A stretch of 64,000 nucleotides of DNA, from assembly GCA_963755125.1 (NCBI GenBank), contig CAVWIP010000011.1, positions 73,304 through 137,303 on the forward strand, written 5' to 3'. This DNA comes from an uncultured delta proteobacterium (GTDB lineage: Bacteria; Myxococcota_A; Polyangia; Fen-1088). How positions within the stretch are numbered: the first letter of the stretch is position 1; each line of letters begins with the position of its first letter. A model generated the notes under the pieces. It saw only the letters and a program-made list of their open reading frames with translations, did no database searches and was not told where the DNA came from. This document shows positions 55,294 through 64,000 of the stretch, one piece after another. Made by a program: the position numbers and the translations under genes.

Positions 55294-57693
55294 TCACCCC
55301 AACTTCACGTCGACCCTAACTTCTCTGCTACCCGCGATTGGTAGTGGCACCACGCAGCCAGCCATGGCATTACCATCGACAGTCAGCTGGACAGCGGAGC
55401 CCGCGCCAGCCCGCTTGACCTCGATGAGATAGCGCACGCCTCGATACACGCGCGTCGCCTTGAACCCCTTCCACTTCTCGGGAATGGCCGGCGCAATCAT
55501 CAACCCGGTGTGAGTGGGCCGGATGCCGAGAATCCACTGTGTGCCGGCCACGTAGGTCCATGAAGCCGTGCCAGATAGCCACGCATTGCGGGCATAGCCA
55601 TATTGTTTGTGTTCTGGGCCAGTGACGTTGCCACAGTAGACATAGGGCTCGACCTTCATGCAGTCCACATCCCGCCGCATGAAGGGCGTGATCTGCAAGT
55701 AGTACTGCATGGCCCGCTCTGCCATGCCGAGCTTGGCCGCAGCCACAATGGCCCAGGTGTTGGCGTGGCAGAAGATGCCGCCATTCTCCTTGGCACCGGG
55801 CGGATAGGTCGTGGTTCCGCGCACCCGCTCGTCGCCCTCGGTGTAGGCCGGCCAGAGTAGGGCCAGTCCGTACTTGCTGTTGAGCTTGTCGTGCGCCTGT
55901 TGCATAGCGCGCCGGCCGCGTTCGACCGGGGCCGCATCGCCGATGACCGCCCAGGTCTGCGTGTTGAGCGCGATGCGGTGGTGGGCTTCGCTCTTCACGC
56001 CGATGGGCTTGCCTTCGTCGTCGAAGGCGCGCGCGTACCAGTCGCCGTCCCAGGCCACCTGATTGAGGATGGCCGCCATCTCAGCGTGCAGGCCGCGGAA
56101 GCGCTTCGCCTCATCGGTCTTGTGCATGTGGTCCGCCAGGTCAGCCAGATCGAGCAGGGCGCGGCAGAACTGTTGCGCGCACCATACGCTCTCGGCCTTG
56201 CCGCTGCCGTGGTCCACGTTCATCGTATCGTCCCAGTCGGCAAAACCGATGCGGGGCAGGCCCTGGGGACCCCGGTGCTGCAGGGTGAAATCGATCGCGC
56301 GCAGCATGTGGTTCCACACACTGTCGCTGCCGCCATCGGTGTAGTCGATTGTCTCATCAAGATAGGCGAGATCCCCGGTTTCGCGCAGATAGGCGCAGAC
56401 CCCGAGGATCAACCAGAGGTGGTCGTCACAGAACCACTGCGGCCAGGCCGGGAATTCGGCGGCCAGGCCAGGCCCACCCTCGCCGGTCAAGGGCAACACC
56501 TGATGCCAGGTATGCCCATCCTTGTATTGCAGATGCCACAACATGCTGAGCGTGGCCCGCGCGCGGTCAGCGGCGTTGTGCACGGTGCCCAATGTGTCTT
56601 GCGCCGAATCGCGCGTGCCCATGCCCCGGCCGGTGCCGGTCTCATAGGCTGAAACGAAACGCGACCAGAAGAGCGTGGTACGACACTGGATGGGATTCCA
56701 GACGTTCAACATGGCGTTGACCACCGGGTCGGGCGTTTCGACGGTGAAGCGGCCCAGGTAGTCGTTCCAGTCGGCGCGCAGATCGCTAAACGCGGCAACC
56801 ACGTTCTCAGGATCGCGGAAGTGCGCCACCACCGCGGGGATGCGTGCCGGCTCGTCGGTCACGCCCATGACAAAGACGATCTCCTTCTCTTGCCCGGGGC
56901 TCAGGGTCACACTGTGGCACAGCGATCCGATATTGTTGCCCCTGGGTGCCTCGATGTTGCTGGGCTTTCCCCTCTCGACCACCTCGGGGTTGGACAGATC
57001 CCGCCAGCGGCCGACAAAGATCTCGCGATCGGTATCGAAGCCGGCCGGCTTGACACTGGAAGCAAAAAAGTTGGTGGTCGGCGCGAAGCGGGTCTTGGAG
57101 GCGATGATTCCGTCCTTGACCCTGGCCTCGAGAATGTGCTGGCACCAATCGAGGTTGAGCTGATCGCCAAGGGCATCGCGGAAGCTGAATTCCACATAGG
57201 AGAAAGTGCGCAGCTTGCGGGTCTTCCTGCCGGTGTTCTTGAGCTTCAGGACCCACAATTCACAAGGGCAGGATTCGTCTTTCGGCGCACGTGGAACGAA
57301 ATACAGCAGGCTGGCGGCAATTCCATTGTGGCTGCTGGCAATTCGAGTGTAGCCGGCGCCGTGACGGCATTCATAGGAGGCGAGCTTCACCCCCGGCGTG
57401 GGTTGCCAGGTCGGGCTCCAGAATCTCCCGCTCTCCATGTCGCGGATGTAAACGTAGCGACCCGGCTGATCCATGGGGATGGCGTTGTAGCGGTAGCGGG
57501 AAACGCGGCGGTTCTTGGGATCGCGGTCGAAGGAAAAGCCGCCGCCAGTGTTCGAGACGATGCCGCCGTAACGACCCTCGCCGATGTAGTTGAACCAGGG
57601 CGTGGGCGTGTCGGGCCGGGTGATGACGTACTCACGCGCCTCGGCGTCGAAGAATCCGTAGGGGTTGGAAAGGGCCTTGGTCTTGCTGGTCAT
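55294..57693 (-). CDS. GH94 family cellobiose/chitobiose phosphorylase
   Basis: MTSKTKALSNPYGFFDAEAREYVITRPDTPTPWFNYIG parallels the cellobiose phosphorylase N-terminus ([26 protein letters not shown]). 799 aa. Confidence 0.85.
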   Translation of the reverse strand: MTSKTKALSNPYGFFDAEAREYVITRPDTPTPWFNYIGEGRYGGIVSNTGGGFSFDRDPKNRRVSRYRYNAIPMDQPGRYVYIRDMESGRFWSPTWQPTPGVKLASYECRHGAGYTRIASSHNGIAASLLYFVPRAPKDESCPCELWVLKLKNTGRKTRKLRTFSYVEFSFRDALGDQLNLDWCQHILEARVKDGIIASKTRFAPTTNFFASSVKPAGFDTDREIFVGRWRDLSNPEVVERGKPSNIEAPRGNNIGSLCHSVTLSPGQEKEIVFVMGVTDEPARIPAVVAHFRDPENVVAAFSDLRADWNDYLGRFTVETPDPVVNAMLNVWNPIQCRTTLFWSRFVSAYETGTGRGMGTRDSAQDTLGTVHNAADRARATLSMLWHLQYKDGHTWHQVLPLTGEGGPGLAAEFPAWPQWFCDDHLWLILGVCAYLRETGDLAYLDETIDYTDGGSDSVWNHMLRAIDFTLQHRGPQGLPRIGFADWDDTMNVDHGSGKAESVWCAQQFCRALLDLADLADHMHKTDEAKRFRGLHAEMAAILNQVAWDGDWYARAFDDEGKPIGVKSEAHHRIALNTQTWAVIGDAAPVERGRRAMQQAHDKLNSKYGLALLWPAYTEGDERVRGTTTYPPGAKENGGIFCHANTWAIVAAAKLGMAERAMQYYLQITPFMRRDVDCMKVEPYVYCGNVTGPEHKQYGYARNAWLSGTASWTYVAGTQWILGIRPTHTGLMIAPAIPEKWKGFKATRVYRGVRYLIEVKRAGAGSAVQLTVDGNAMAGCVVPLPIAGSREVRVDVKLG

Positions 57694-57980
57694 GGAGATC
57701 CCTTCGTCTCGACGTTCTTCGGAGCGACGGCCGCGTGGGCGACCGCATGGGCCGCTGATCTAACTCTCCCGTCCTCTCTAAGTCAAAGCGGCCCCCCGCC
57801 GGCTTGGGTCGCGCCATCTGGGACGCCGAATGCTCGATGCTCCGCCGCCCTGTGGGTTGGACGCCCTTGCAGCTAGGAACCATTTCCGGTCGATGGTAGT
57901 GTCCTCGCCAATCCGGGGACTGCCAGAGGTCCACCTCACCCCGGTGCCACTTCAACGACCCCCTCGGGCCGAGGACAGCC

Positions 57981-59393
57981 ATGTCGGAAAAACGAGCCGT
58001 CGATCCGTCGCAGGTGATTCCATTCGTCGAGAAGTTCGGCTACGCCCTGGGAGACTTCGCGTCCAACCTGTTTTGGATGCCCTTCATCCTGTTCGGCAAC
58101 TTCTTCTACACCGACGTGTTCGGCATCTCGGCCACCGCCGTCGGCTACATGCTGCTGGTCACGCGCATCTGGGACACGGTGATTGATCCGGTGGTCGGGC
58201 TCATCGCCGACCGCACCCGCCCGCGGCCTGGGCTCGGCCGGTACCGTCCCTACCTCTACTGGTTCGCGCTGCCCTTTGCGGTCGTGTGCAGTATTGCGTT
58301 CTTCTCTCCCAACCTTGGGCCCGTGGGCAAGGTCGTGTATGCGTGGGTCACGTACACCGCGTTCTGTATAGTCTACTCCCTCATCAACGTGCCCTACTCG
58401 GCCCTGATGAGCGTGATGTCGCGCGAACCCGGCGAGCGCAGCAGCACCAGCTTCTTCCGCATGATAGGCGCACAGGTCGCGGGGCTCATCATCTCAAGTG
58501 GGCTCATGTTCTTCGTGGCCAAGATCGGTGGCGGCAACGGGCAAAGCCAGCAACAGAGGGGGTTTTTCATTGTCATGACCCTGTTCGCACTCATGGCCAT
58601 GGTCTGCTTCTTGCTCGCGGGCAAGTTGACCCGTGAAAGAATCGCGCCCGATCTCAAAGAGAAGGGAGACATCTCCAAGGATCTGAAGAACATCGTCGGC
58701 TGCGGGGCGTGGTGGCTCTTGTTCCTGGTGTCCTTTTTCACCATTGCCGCCTTCACCCTGCGCTTTGGCGTTGCCGCCTACTACTTCAAGTACTACGCCG
58801 ACCCCGAAGCTGTGAAGAGCTGGGGGCTGTTCCAGGGTGGTGCCGTGAGCGCCTTTTTCACGCTTGGCACAATTGCCGCACTTCTGGGCGTCATCGTCTT
58901 CACCTTCTTCGCCAAGACCATCGACAGGAAGAAGATGTACTACGTGCTCATCCTCTCGTCGGGCCTGCTCTCGATCTACTTCTACTACATCCCCAAACAG
59001 AACATCACGACCATCATCGCGACGCAGGTGCTGTTCTCATTCCTCACCGGACCGACTGCCGCCATTCTGTTCGCCATGTACACGGACATCGCGGCCTACA
59101 TCCGCAACCAGGGTGCTTCCGCCTCGAACGGCTTGGTCATGTCAGCCGGCTCGTTTGCGCAGAAGTTCGGATGGGCGATTGGCGGCTCGCTCACCAGCAT
59201 CCTGCTAGGTCTGGCCGGCTACGTCGCGAACCAGCCACAATCCGAGCACGTCCAGCAGATCATGCGCTTCATGATGAGTTGGGCCCCCATGATCACCTGC
59301 TTCATCGGCGCGTTCTTCATGATGCTCTACCCACTCAACGCCGCGCGCATGGCCCTTGTGACCAAGGAACTTGCCGACAAGGGCCTGAACTAG
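57981..59393 (+). CDS. MFS glycoside-pentoside-hexuronide (GPH):cation symporter
   Basis: FGYALGDFASNLFWMPFILFGNFFYTDVFGISATAVGYMLLVTRIWDTVIDPVVGLIADRT is GPH/MelB-like. 12 TM helices. Confidence 0.8.
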   Translation: MSEKRAVDPSQVIPFVEKFGYALGDFASNLFWMPFILFGNFFYTDVFGISATAVGYMLLVTRIWDTVIDPVVGLIADRTRPRPGLGRYRPYLYWFALPFAVVCSIAFFSPNLGPVGKVVYAWVTYTAFCIVYSLINVPYSALMSVMSREPGERSSTSFFRMIGAQVAGLIISSGLMFFVAKIGGGNGQSQQQRGFFIVMTLFALMAMVCFLLAGKLTRERIAPDLKEKGDISKDLKNIVGCGAWWLLFLVSFFTIAAFTLRFGVAAYYFKYYADPEAVKSWGLFQGGAVSAFFTLGTIAALLGVIVFTFFAKTIDRKKMYYVLILSSGLLSIYFYYIPKQNITTIIATQVLFSFLTGPTAAILFAMYTDIAAYIRNQGASASNGLVMSAGSFAQKFGWAIGGSLTSILLGLAGYVANQPQSEHVQQIMRFMMSWAPMITCFIGAFFMMLYPLNAARMALVTKELADKGLN

Positions 59394-59421
59394 GCTATCC
59401 AAGACCCCACACTGCCGCGAT

Positions 59422-61680
59422 CTACAAATAGGGAACCGGCGGCACGACCGTGAGCGGCGGCAGCGGTGGTGGGGTTGGGGGCGGAGGAGGCGGGTTGGCC
59501 GAAACGTATTGCTGGGTCCAGGCCGCCATATGGTTCGAGGTCGTCAGATCCTGGAACGGGAGGAAGAAGCCCGGATAACTTCCGTCCTGCCCGGCCATGA
59601 CTTGGTCGGCATCGAGGGCAAACATCCACAGCAGGAGTTGCGTCGGCTCGTCGCCCACGACACTCGGGTTGGGTTTGTACAGTCGCAGACCGGCCCGACG
59701 CTGCGATGCCGAGGTGAACCAGAACAGCTTGTGCCCGTTCTGCGTGGCTTGAAAGGGAGCGGACCGCGGGAAGGTGTCCATCAACATTCCACTGGAGATC
59801 CGCTGGACCACGAGCGAACTGCGTCCGTCGGCCAAGGTGAGCTGGTCGGCCACTCCCATCGCATTCGCCTTGGCCAGCAGCACAGGCGTTGCGTTGGCTT
59901 GGGGCTGAACCGCCCAGACCGTGGCCGAAGGATCGGCGTAGGAGTCGACCAACGAATCCGAGTCACCCGTCTGCCGGGTCGCCTCGCTGTACAGCAGGAA
60001 GGATGAGTCAGGCACGAAATTCGGAGTGTAGCGACTCTTGCCAGTCGTGTGCGGCACCACGACCACCTCGGCAGGGTTCCATCCCGCGGCCGAATTCTGA
60101 ACCACCGAAATGCCACCTTCCTGAAACTGGATGATCGTACCGCTGTTCCCGTAGATATGGGTCACGGCAATGGTCTGTCCGTCGGGCGACCAGTCCGGAT
60201 AGCTCACCGGAAAGCCCAAATTCAGCGTGCTCTGCCGCACGCCGGTGACCCCGTCGTTGAAGGACAAATTGTTGATCCCCAGCGTGTCGCCCGCAGGTGC
60301 GTCGGCCACGAACTGGCTTCCGTCCGGATTGAACGAAGCGGTCATCACGCGGTTCGCGGCGGCGGTTCCGGTGGCGCGACCGTCAACGGTCAGCCAATTC
60401 GGCGAGGTCTTGGGCAAGGAAAGATCATTTATGTAGACGAGATAGCCCGCCCACGAGGCACCCTTGGAAGCCACCATGCGGGTTCCGTCGCGCGACAGAG
60501 CGTGACAGCCCACGCAGGTCGTATTTGCGTTGGGATTGCCCGAATCGTCGGGCAAGTCGCTCGGCTGCAGGGCCACGGCGAGGGCAGACTGGGAACCGAA
60601 GTCGAAACGCATGATGCTCGGCGACTGGGTTTGCGATTGGGTTGTGGTCCAGTAGTAAATGGCTCCGTCCACCCGGTCAGCGGCGAACTGCACGCTGATG
60701 CTCGCCGAGCTACCCACATTGCCGTTCTCGTCGGTTCCCCGCACCGTCAGCGTGGCCGGATCGCTCCCGCTGTTGCTGTCCGCGATGACGTTGACCGTGT
60801 CGGGATCGAGTACGAAGGCACAGGCCCCGGCGAGGTACTTGGTGGGATCGGCGTAGCAGCGCGTGTAGTAGCGGTACTCCGAGAAGTTGCTCAGGATCGA
60901 GATCTCATAAAGCTCGCCGGTCTTGCTCCCCGGCTGAAAATGAACTTCGAGCTGCTGCATGTTGGGCGGGAGCAGCACGCCGTCATTCGGATAGACCAGC
61001 GTGGGGGCCAGGGTCGCCGTGTTGGTTCCCGTGAACTCTGGCCCCGGATCGCTGGGAATGGCGGGGGTGGCGCCGGGAGAGCCGGCCGGAGCAGAGCCCG
61101 AGTCGACGATGGTCACCGTCAAGGTCGTGGTCACCATGGTGATGGGATCGTCGGTGTTTGCGGCCTGGGCCTGGATGGTGACCTTGCCCCCGCGCTGGGG
61201 CGGATCAGCCGAGCTGGTCGGCAAGCGGGTCGTGAACGTCGAACTGCCATCGGCCGGGAACTCGCCCACCAAGTAGTTGTCGGGAACGTAGAAGACCGTC
61301 CGGTCAGTGATCTCGACCTCGCCCCCGCCCGCCTTCATAGTGGCAAAGGCTCGGAAGGAAACCGTCCCGCTCTGTCCACGCTGGACCACCAGAACCGAAT
61401 TCGCCGGGTCGATGCGCATGGATGCGATGTCTTGCGGAACGGCGGCTGGCTCCGCGTCGGGCGGCAGCCCCGCTTCGGGCACCGAGGTAATGATGGCTCC
61501 CCCGCTGCCCGCGTCCTTCTGGCCGCTCTGGCCACCCTGGCCGCCTGACGGGCTACCATCTGGCGTCTGTGGCGGACCCACACTGACGGTGGCTGGGGCC
61601 GAGCAAGCGGCCGCGGTCGCGACACAGGCTGCGGCGCCTAGAACCCGTGACCATGTGAACTTCCAACCTGCACAGGTCAT
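59422..61680 (-). CDS. Secreted lipoprotein with TolB-like beta-propeller repeats, a CxxCH motif and poly-Pro C-terminal tail
   Basis: ATG at 61680 with AGGAGAAA RBS. Lipobox AAACVATAAAC|SAP. PD40-like segments (SYPDWSPDGQTIAV, ASFNPDGSQFVA). TCVGCHALSRDG. C-terminus PPPPPPTPPPLPPLTVVPPVPYL. Confidence 0.55.
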   Translation of the reverse strand: MTCAGWKFTWSRVLGAAACVATAAACSAPATVSVGPPQTPDGSPSGGQGGQSGQKDAGSGGAIITSVPEAGLPPDAEPAAVPQDIASMRIDPANSVLVVQRGQSGTVSFRAFATMKAGGGEVEITDRTVFYVPDNYLVGEFPADGSSTFTTRLPTSSADPPQRGGKVTIQAQAANTDDPITMVTTTLTVTIVDSGSAPAGSPGATPAIPSDPGPEFTGTNTATLAPTLVYPNDGVLLPPNMQQLEVHFQPGSKTGELYEISILSNFSEYRYYTRCYADPTKYLAGACAFVLDPDTVNVIADSNSGSDPATLTVRGTDENGNVGSSASISVQFAADRVDGAIYYWTTTQSQTQSPSIMRFDFGSQSALAVALQPSDLPDDSGNPNANTTCVGCHALSRDGTRMVASKGASWAGYLVYINDLSLPKTSPNWLTVDGRATGTAAANRVMTASFNPDGSQFVADAPAGDTLGINNLSFNDGVTGVRQSTLNLGFPVSYPDWSPDGQTIAVTHIYGNSGTIIQFQEGGISVVQNSAAGWNPAEVVVVPHTTGKSRYTPNFVPDSSFLLYSEATRQTGDSDSLVDSYADPSATVWAVQPQANATPVLLAKANAMGVADQLTLADGRSSLVVQRISSGMLMDTFPRSAPFQATQNGHKLFWFTSASQRRAGLRLYKPNPSVVGDEPTQLLLWMFALDADQVMAGQDGSYPGFFLPFQDLTTSNHMAAWTQQYVSANPPPPPPTPPPLPPLTVVPPVPYL

Positions 61681-61875
61681 CTTGTTTCTCCTGCGATCGA
61701 GACGAATTGAACGAAGCATGGTCCATATGGTCGGTGATGTAAACTACGGGTTCGAGCGGTGGGACATCGGGACATGATTTCCGGCCCTGCACGAAGGCTC
61801 AAGCGTGGCGGCACCGATCGCGACTGGCTTGACGCAACGATTCCGTCTATAATCGCGAATCAGCCTGGTCAGACA

Positions 61876-62781
61876 ATGCCTTCCCTCGCACACAGAACCA
61901 CCTGTCTCTCCTTGCACACGACCCGTGCACAGGCGCTGACGTTGCTGTTGGGACCGCTGCTTCTTGCGTGTGAGAGCGGGACACACATGAGAGACGTGGC
62001 CGCCCCGGTCACCCAGCGGGTTGCCGAGGTTTCAGTGCGCCTGGATGTACCCACGACCGGTGCGCCCGCCCTGTCGGTGCTCGCCTTCCGCGCGAACGTG
62101 ACTGACCATTCCGCGACGGACGTGCTGGGCGTGGTGGACCCCCTAGTGGCGCCCGCTCCCGACGGTCCCTGTGAGCTGCGGGACGTGGCCGGCCAGGCCC
62201 GTGCGCTTCGCGCCCAGGGCGGTGCGGTGAATCTCGAAGAGCTGGGTGGCGTGTCCGTAGTCGCCGGCCTGGATGGTCCCGGACTGCATCCCGCTCCGCG
62301 CGTTTATCCACCATTTGCCGAAGTCGTGGGCGGCGTGATCGCCGAGGCTGGCCCGGTGGATATCCTTGAGGTACCGCAGACACTCGCCCTGGACCTTCCC
62401 GGCCCCGCGAACCGGCCGGCCAAGGTCGTCCTGGCCGTGCCGGGCGCGCCGCGTGTCCTCGATCGAAACGAGGTGCCGCTGGCCACGGGAGCCCGTCTCG
62501 CGACCGCGGGCGATCTGGTGTTGCAGGTGACCGGGCCCGAGCGGACCTTTCTGGAGATCCGCCCCTATGGCGCACCGGTGGCGGTGGCCTGTGCCCCGGG
62601 CGCAGGAGGATTGGTCGTGGTGTCGCACGACCTTCTGACGCGCATGGCTGCTGCGGCGGGAGGGGTTCCGGTCTCGATCGAGGCCGTGTGGCGCGATAGC
62701 CGCATGGTCGTGACCGCGATCCCGCCCACGCGTGTATCTGTGGAGGTGCGCTCCTCCACGGTGGTGGACCTGCGTCCGTGA
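61876..62781 (+). CDS. Hypothetical lipoprotein
   Basis: ATG at 61876. Lipobox LLLGPLLLAC|ESG. Stop overlaps the PilZ GTG start (GTGA). Confidence 0.5.
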   Translation: MPSLAHRTTCLSLHTTRAQALTLLLGPLLLACESGTHMRDVAAPVTQRVAEVSVRLDVPTTGAPALSVLAFRANVTDHSATDVLGVVDPLVAPAPDGPCELRDVAGQARALRAQGGAVNLEELGGVSVVAGLDGPGLHPAPRVYPPFAEVVGGVIAEAGPVDILEVPQTLALDLPGPANRPAKVVLAVPGAPRVLDRNEVPLATGARLATAGDLVLQVTGPERTFLEIRPYGAPVAVACAPGAGGLVVVSHDLLTRMAAAAGGVPVSIEAVWRDSRMVVTAIPPTRVSVEVRSSTVVDLRP

Positions 62782-63152
62782 CTCCGCTCGGGCGCTGCGA
62801 CACGCGGCGGTTTTCCCGCCGGGATGCCCTCCTGCCCGTGGTTGTCCGCGCTGCCGGCAACAAGGTCGAGGCCGGGATCAGGCTGAACACCGCCGACCTG
62901 TCCGAGGGCGGGGTCTTCTTGCGCTCTGACCTCCTCTTCGAGGTGGGCGAGACCTTGAGTCTGGAGATCCCGTTGACGGCCGGCGAGACGCTGGCCGCCC
63001 GTGGCCGGGTTGCGTGGGTCACCCGGGGCGGAGGCGCCGAAGCGCCAGCGGGTATGGGAATCGAGTTCGAGAAGCTGTCAGCACAGGACCGTCGCCGCCT
63101 GACCCAAAGCCTGCGACGGCTGACCCAGCCGGCCGGCCGCAAATCCGCCTGA
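62778..63152 (+). CDS. Stand-alone PilZ domain protein (copy 2)
   Basis: RRFSRR ... DLSEGGVFL matches the PilZ motifs. GTG start overlaps the upstream stop. Confidence 0.65.
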   Translation: MTPLGRCDTRRFSRRDALLPVVVRAAGNKVEAGIRLNTADLSEGGVFLRSDLLFEVGETLSLEIPLTAGETLAARGRVAWVTRGGGAEAPAGMGIEFEKLSAQDRRRLTQSLRRLTQPAGRKSA

Positions 63153-63163
63153 AACGAGGAATC

Positions 63164-63505
63164 ATGCCCGAAACCCTGGATGAACTGACCTACGACTACG
63201 AAGACGAGGGTGTGCTGGTCCGCAAGCAACTGGACAAGGTCGTCCTGACCAAGGGCTCGTGGGCCACCCTGATGTTCCTGTACCAGGAGCTGGACAAGGC
63301 GAGTGGCAAGTTCCGCGCGCCGAAAATGGCCATCGTACGCTTCAAGAAGTTCCACGGCTCGTATCGCAAGCAATCGTCGTTCAACGTGTCGAGCGAGAAA
63401 CAGGCGCGCCAGATCACCGAGGTCTTCGAGCGCTGGTACGCCAAGATGGCGATGAGCGACGAGGCGGGCGAAGAAGAGTCCGCCGGCGGCGGCGAAGAAG
63501 GCTAG
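63164..63505 (+). CDS. Small hypothetical protein with acidic C-terminal tail
   Basis: ATG at 63164 with GAGGAA RBS, 11 nt after the PilZ stop. C-terminal DEAGEEESAGGGEEG. Confidence 0.45.
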   Translation: MPETLDELTYDYEDEGVLVRKQLDKVVLTKGSWATLMFLYQELDKASGKFRAPKMAIVRFKKFHGSYRKQSSFNVSSEKQARQITEVFERWYAKMAMSDEAGEEESAGGGEEG

Positions 63506-63697
63506 CAAAGCGGTCGGAGTGCCCGTGACCATAACGGATCGCGAATGGGCACGATGTCAGGCGCACGAGGTCTTGTCGGCGGTCGCGTTTCGACGCGGAA
63601 CTCCACACCCTCTTCCCCACGTTGGCTGACCCGTCTACACTGTGGCGATTAGCCGACCTTCACTTCCACGTCATCGGCAAACCTTGCGCAGGCCGAC

Positions 63698-64000
63698 ATG
63701 ACTGAGAAACTTTCAAGCGCGAACGGATCTTCACCTAGCGCAACCCCGGCGGGGGTCGCGGCGAGCGCGATTCCGTTCAACCGTTCTGGCATCGAAGGTC
63801 GGGAACCCGATCACATCAGCCAGTCAGTTTCCATCGGTCAAATTTCCGGCGACCAGGGTTACTCGCGCAAGTGCCAGGCGCTACTCGAGCAGGTGCTGGG
63901 CGCGCCCAGGGTCTTTCTCACCACGTCCTGCACCCACGCGCTGGAACTAGCCGCGCTTCTCCTCGACATCGGGCCCGAGGACGAGGTCATCGTGCCGTCC
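63698..64000 (+). CDS. DegT/DnrJ/EryC1/StrS family PLP-dependent aminotransferase, 3'-truncated by the window edge
   Basis: IPFNRSGIEGREPDHISQSVSIGQISGDQGYSRKCQALLEQVLGAPRVFLTTSCTHALELAALLLDIGPEDEVIVPS matches the family N-terminus. The ORF is open to the end of the window. Confidence 0.75.
   Translation, partial: MTEKLSSANGSSPSATPAGVAASAIPFNRSGIEGREPDHISQSVSIGQISGDQGYSRKCQALLEQVLGAPRVFLTTSCTHALELAALLLDIGPEDEVIVPS

Noticed and set aside
60520-60540. CVGCH in the TolB-like lipoprotein as evidence of a c-type cytochrome
   Set aside because: A single CxxCH in a 750-aa beta-propeller protein can occur by chance, and there is no other haem-protein context. It is kept only as a low-interest note.

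Overview
The window is high-GC DNA (roughly 65–70% by eye), with gene content and style that fit a myxobacterial chromosome. All coordinates below were derived by hand from the sequence and the ORF track, so boundaries are approximate. I found no rRNA, tRNA, CRISPR array or obvious transposase.

The region is mostly housekeeping genes with several accessory islands:
- **Type VI secretion (1–5971):** the 3' end of a T6SS core cluster, with tssE (5'-truncated), tssF, tssG and clpV/tssH.
- **Two lipoprotein-signal proteins downstream of clpV:** a Cys-rich TIM-barrel-like lipoprotein (6054–7448) and a collagen-like protein with two Hcp-like domains (7689–9272).
- **Housekeeping:** pgk; a GNAT acetyltransferase; ddl; murQ with an LPG-synthase-like membrane protein; dapA–dapB.
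- **Minus-strand peptide-handling module:** a BamA/Omp85-like barrel, a POT peptide transporter, an S9 prolyl oligopeptidase and a PqqD-like small protein, directly upstream of ddl.
- **Secreted or surface proteins:** a GH45-like cellulase lipoprotein and an RCC1-repeat lipoprotein.
- **Transport and polysaccharide genes:** an MMPL/RND transporter; a membrane-fusion-like protein followed by a GT4 glycosyltransferase and a PilZ protein; a GH94 cellobiose phosphorylase with a GPH sugar symporter.
- **Arsenic island (36888–42487):** arsR, arsM, arsC, a TusA/DsrE-like fusion, a second arsR, acr3, a second arsC and a lipoprotein methyltransferase, preceded by a tandem ArsA-like ATPase.
- **Molybdate operon:** modABC on the minus strand with a divergent XRE/PBP-like regulator and a Mop (TOBE) protein.
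- **Lower-GC patch (about 49.3–50.9 kb):** a PfaD-like enoyl reductase and two methyltransferase-like genes that each carry one half of the amino-methyltransferase signature.
- **Remainder:** a TolB-like lipoprotein, a second stand-alone PilZ, and a 3'-truncated DegT-family aminotransferase at the window end.

The strongest candidate for a previously undescribed system is the collagen–tandem-Hcp lipoprotein next to the T6SS genes, together with a ~40-bp motif shared by its 3' flank and that of the preceding lipoprotein gene. Other points of interest include:
- an 81-bp x3 dual-hairpin repeat that supplies the C-terminus of the MMPL gene;
- an apparently circularly permuted GH45 domain;
- the split methyltransferase-like pair;
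- a Cys-less TusA–DsrE fusion inside the ars operon.
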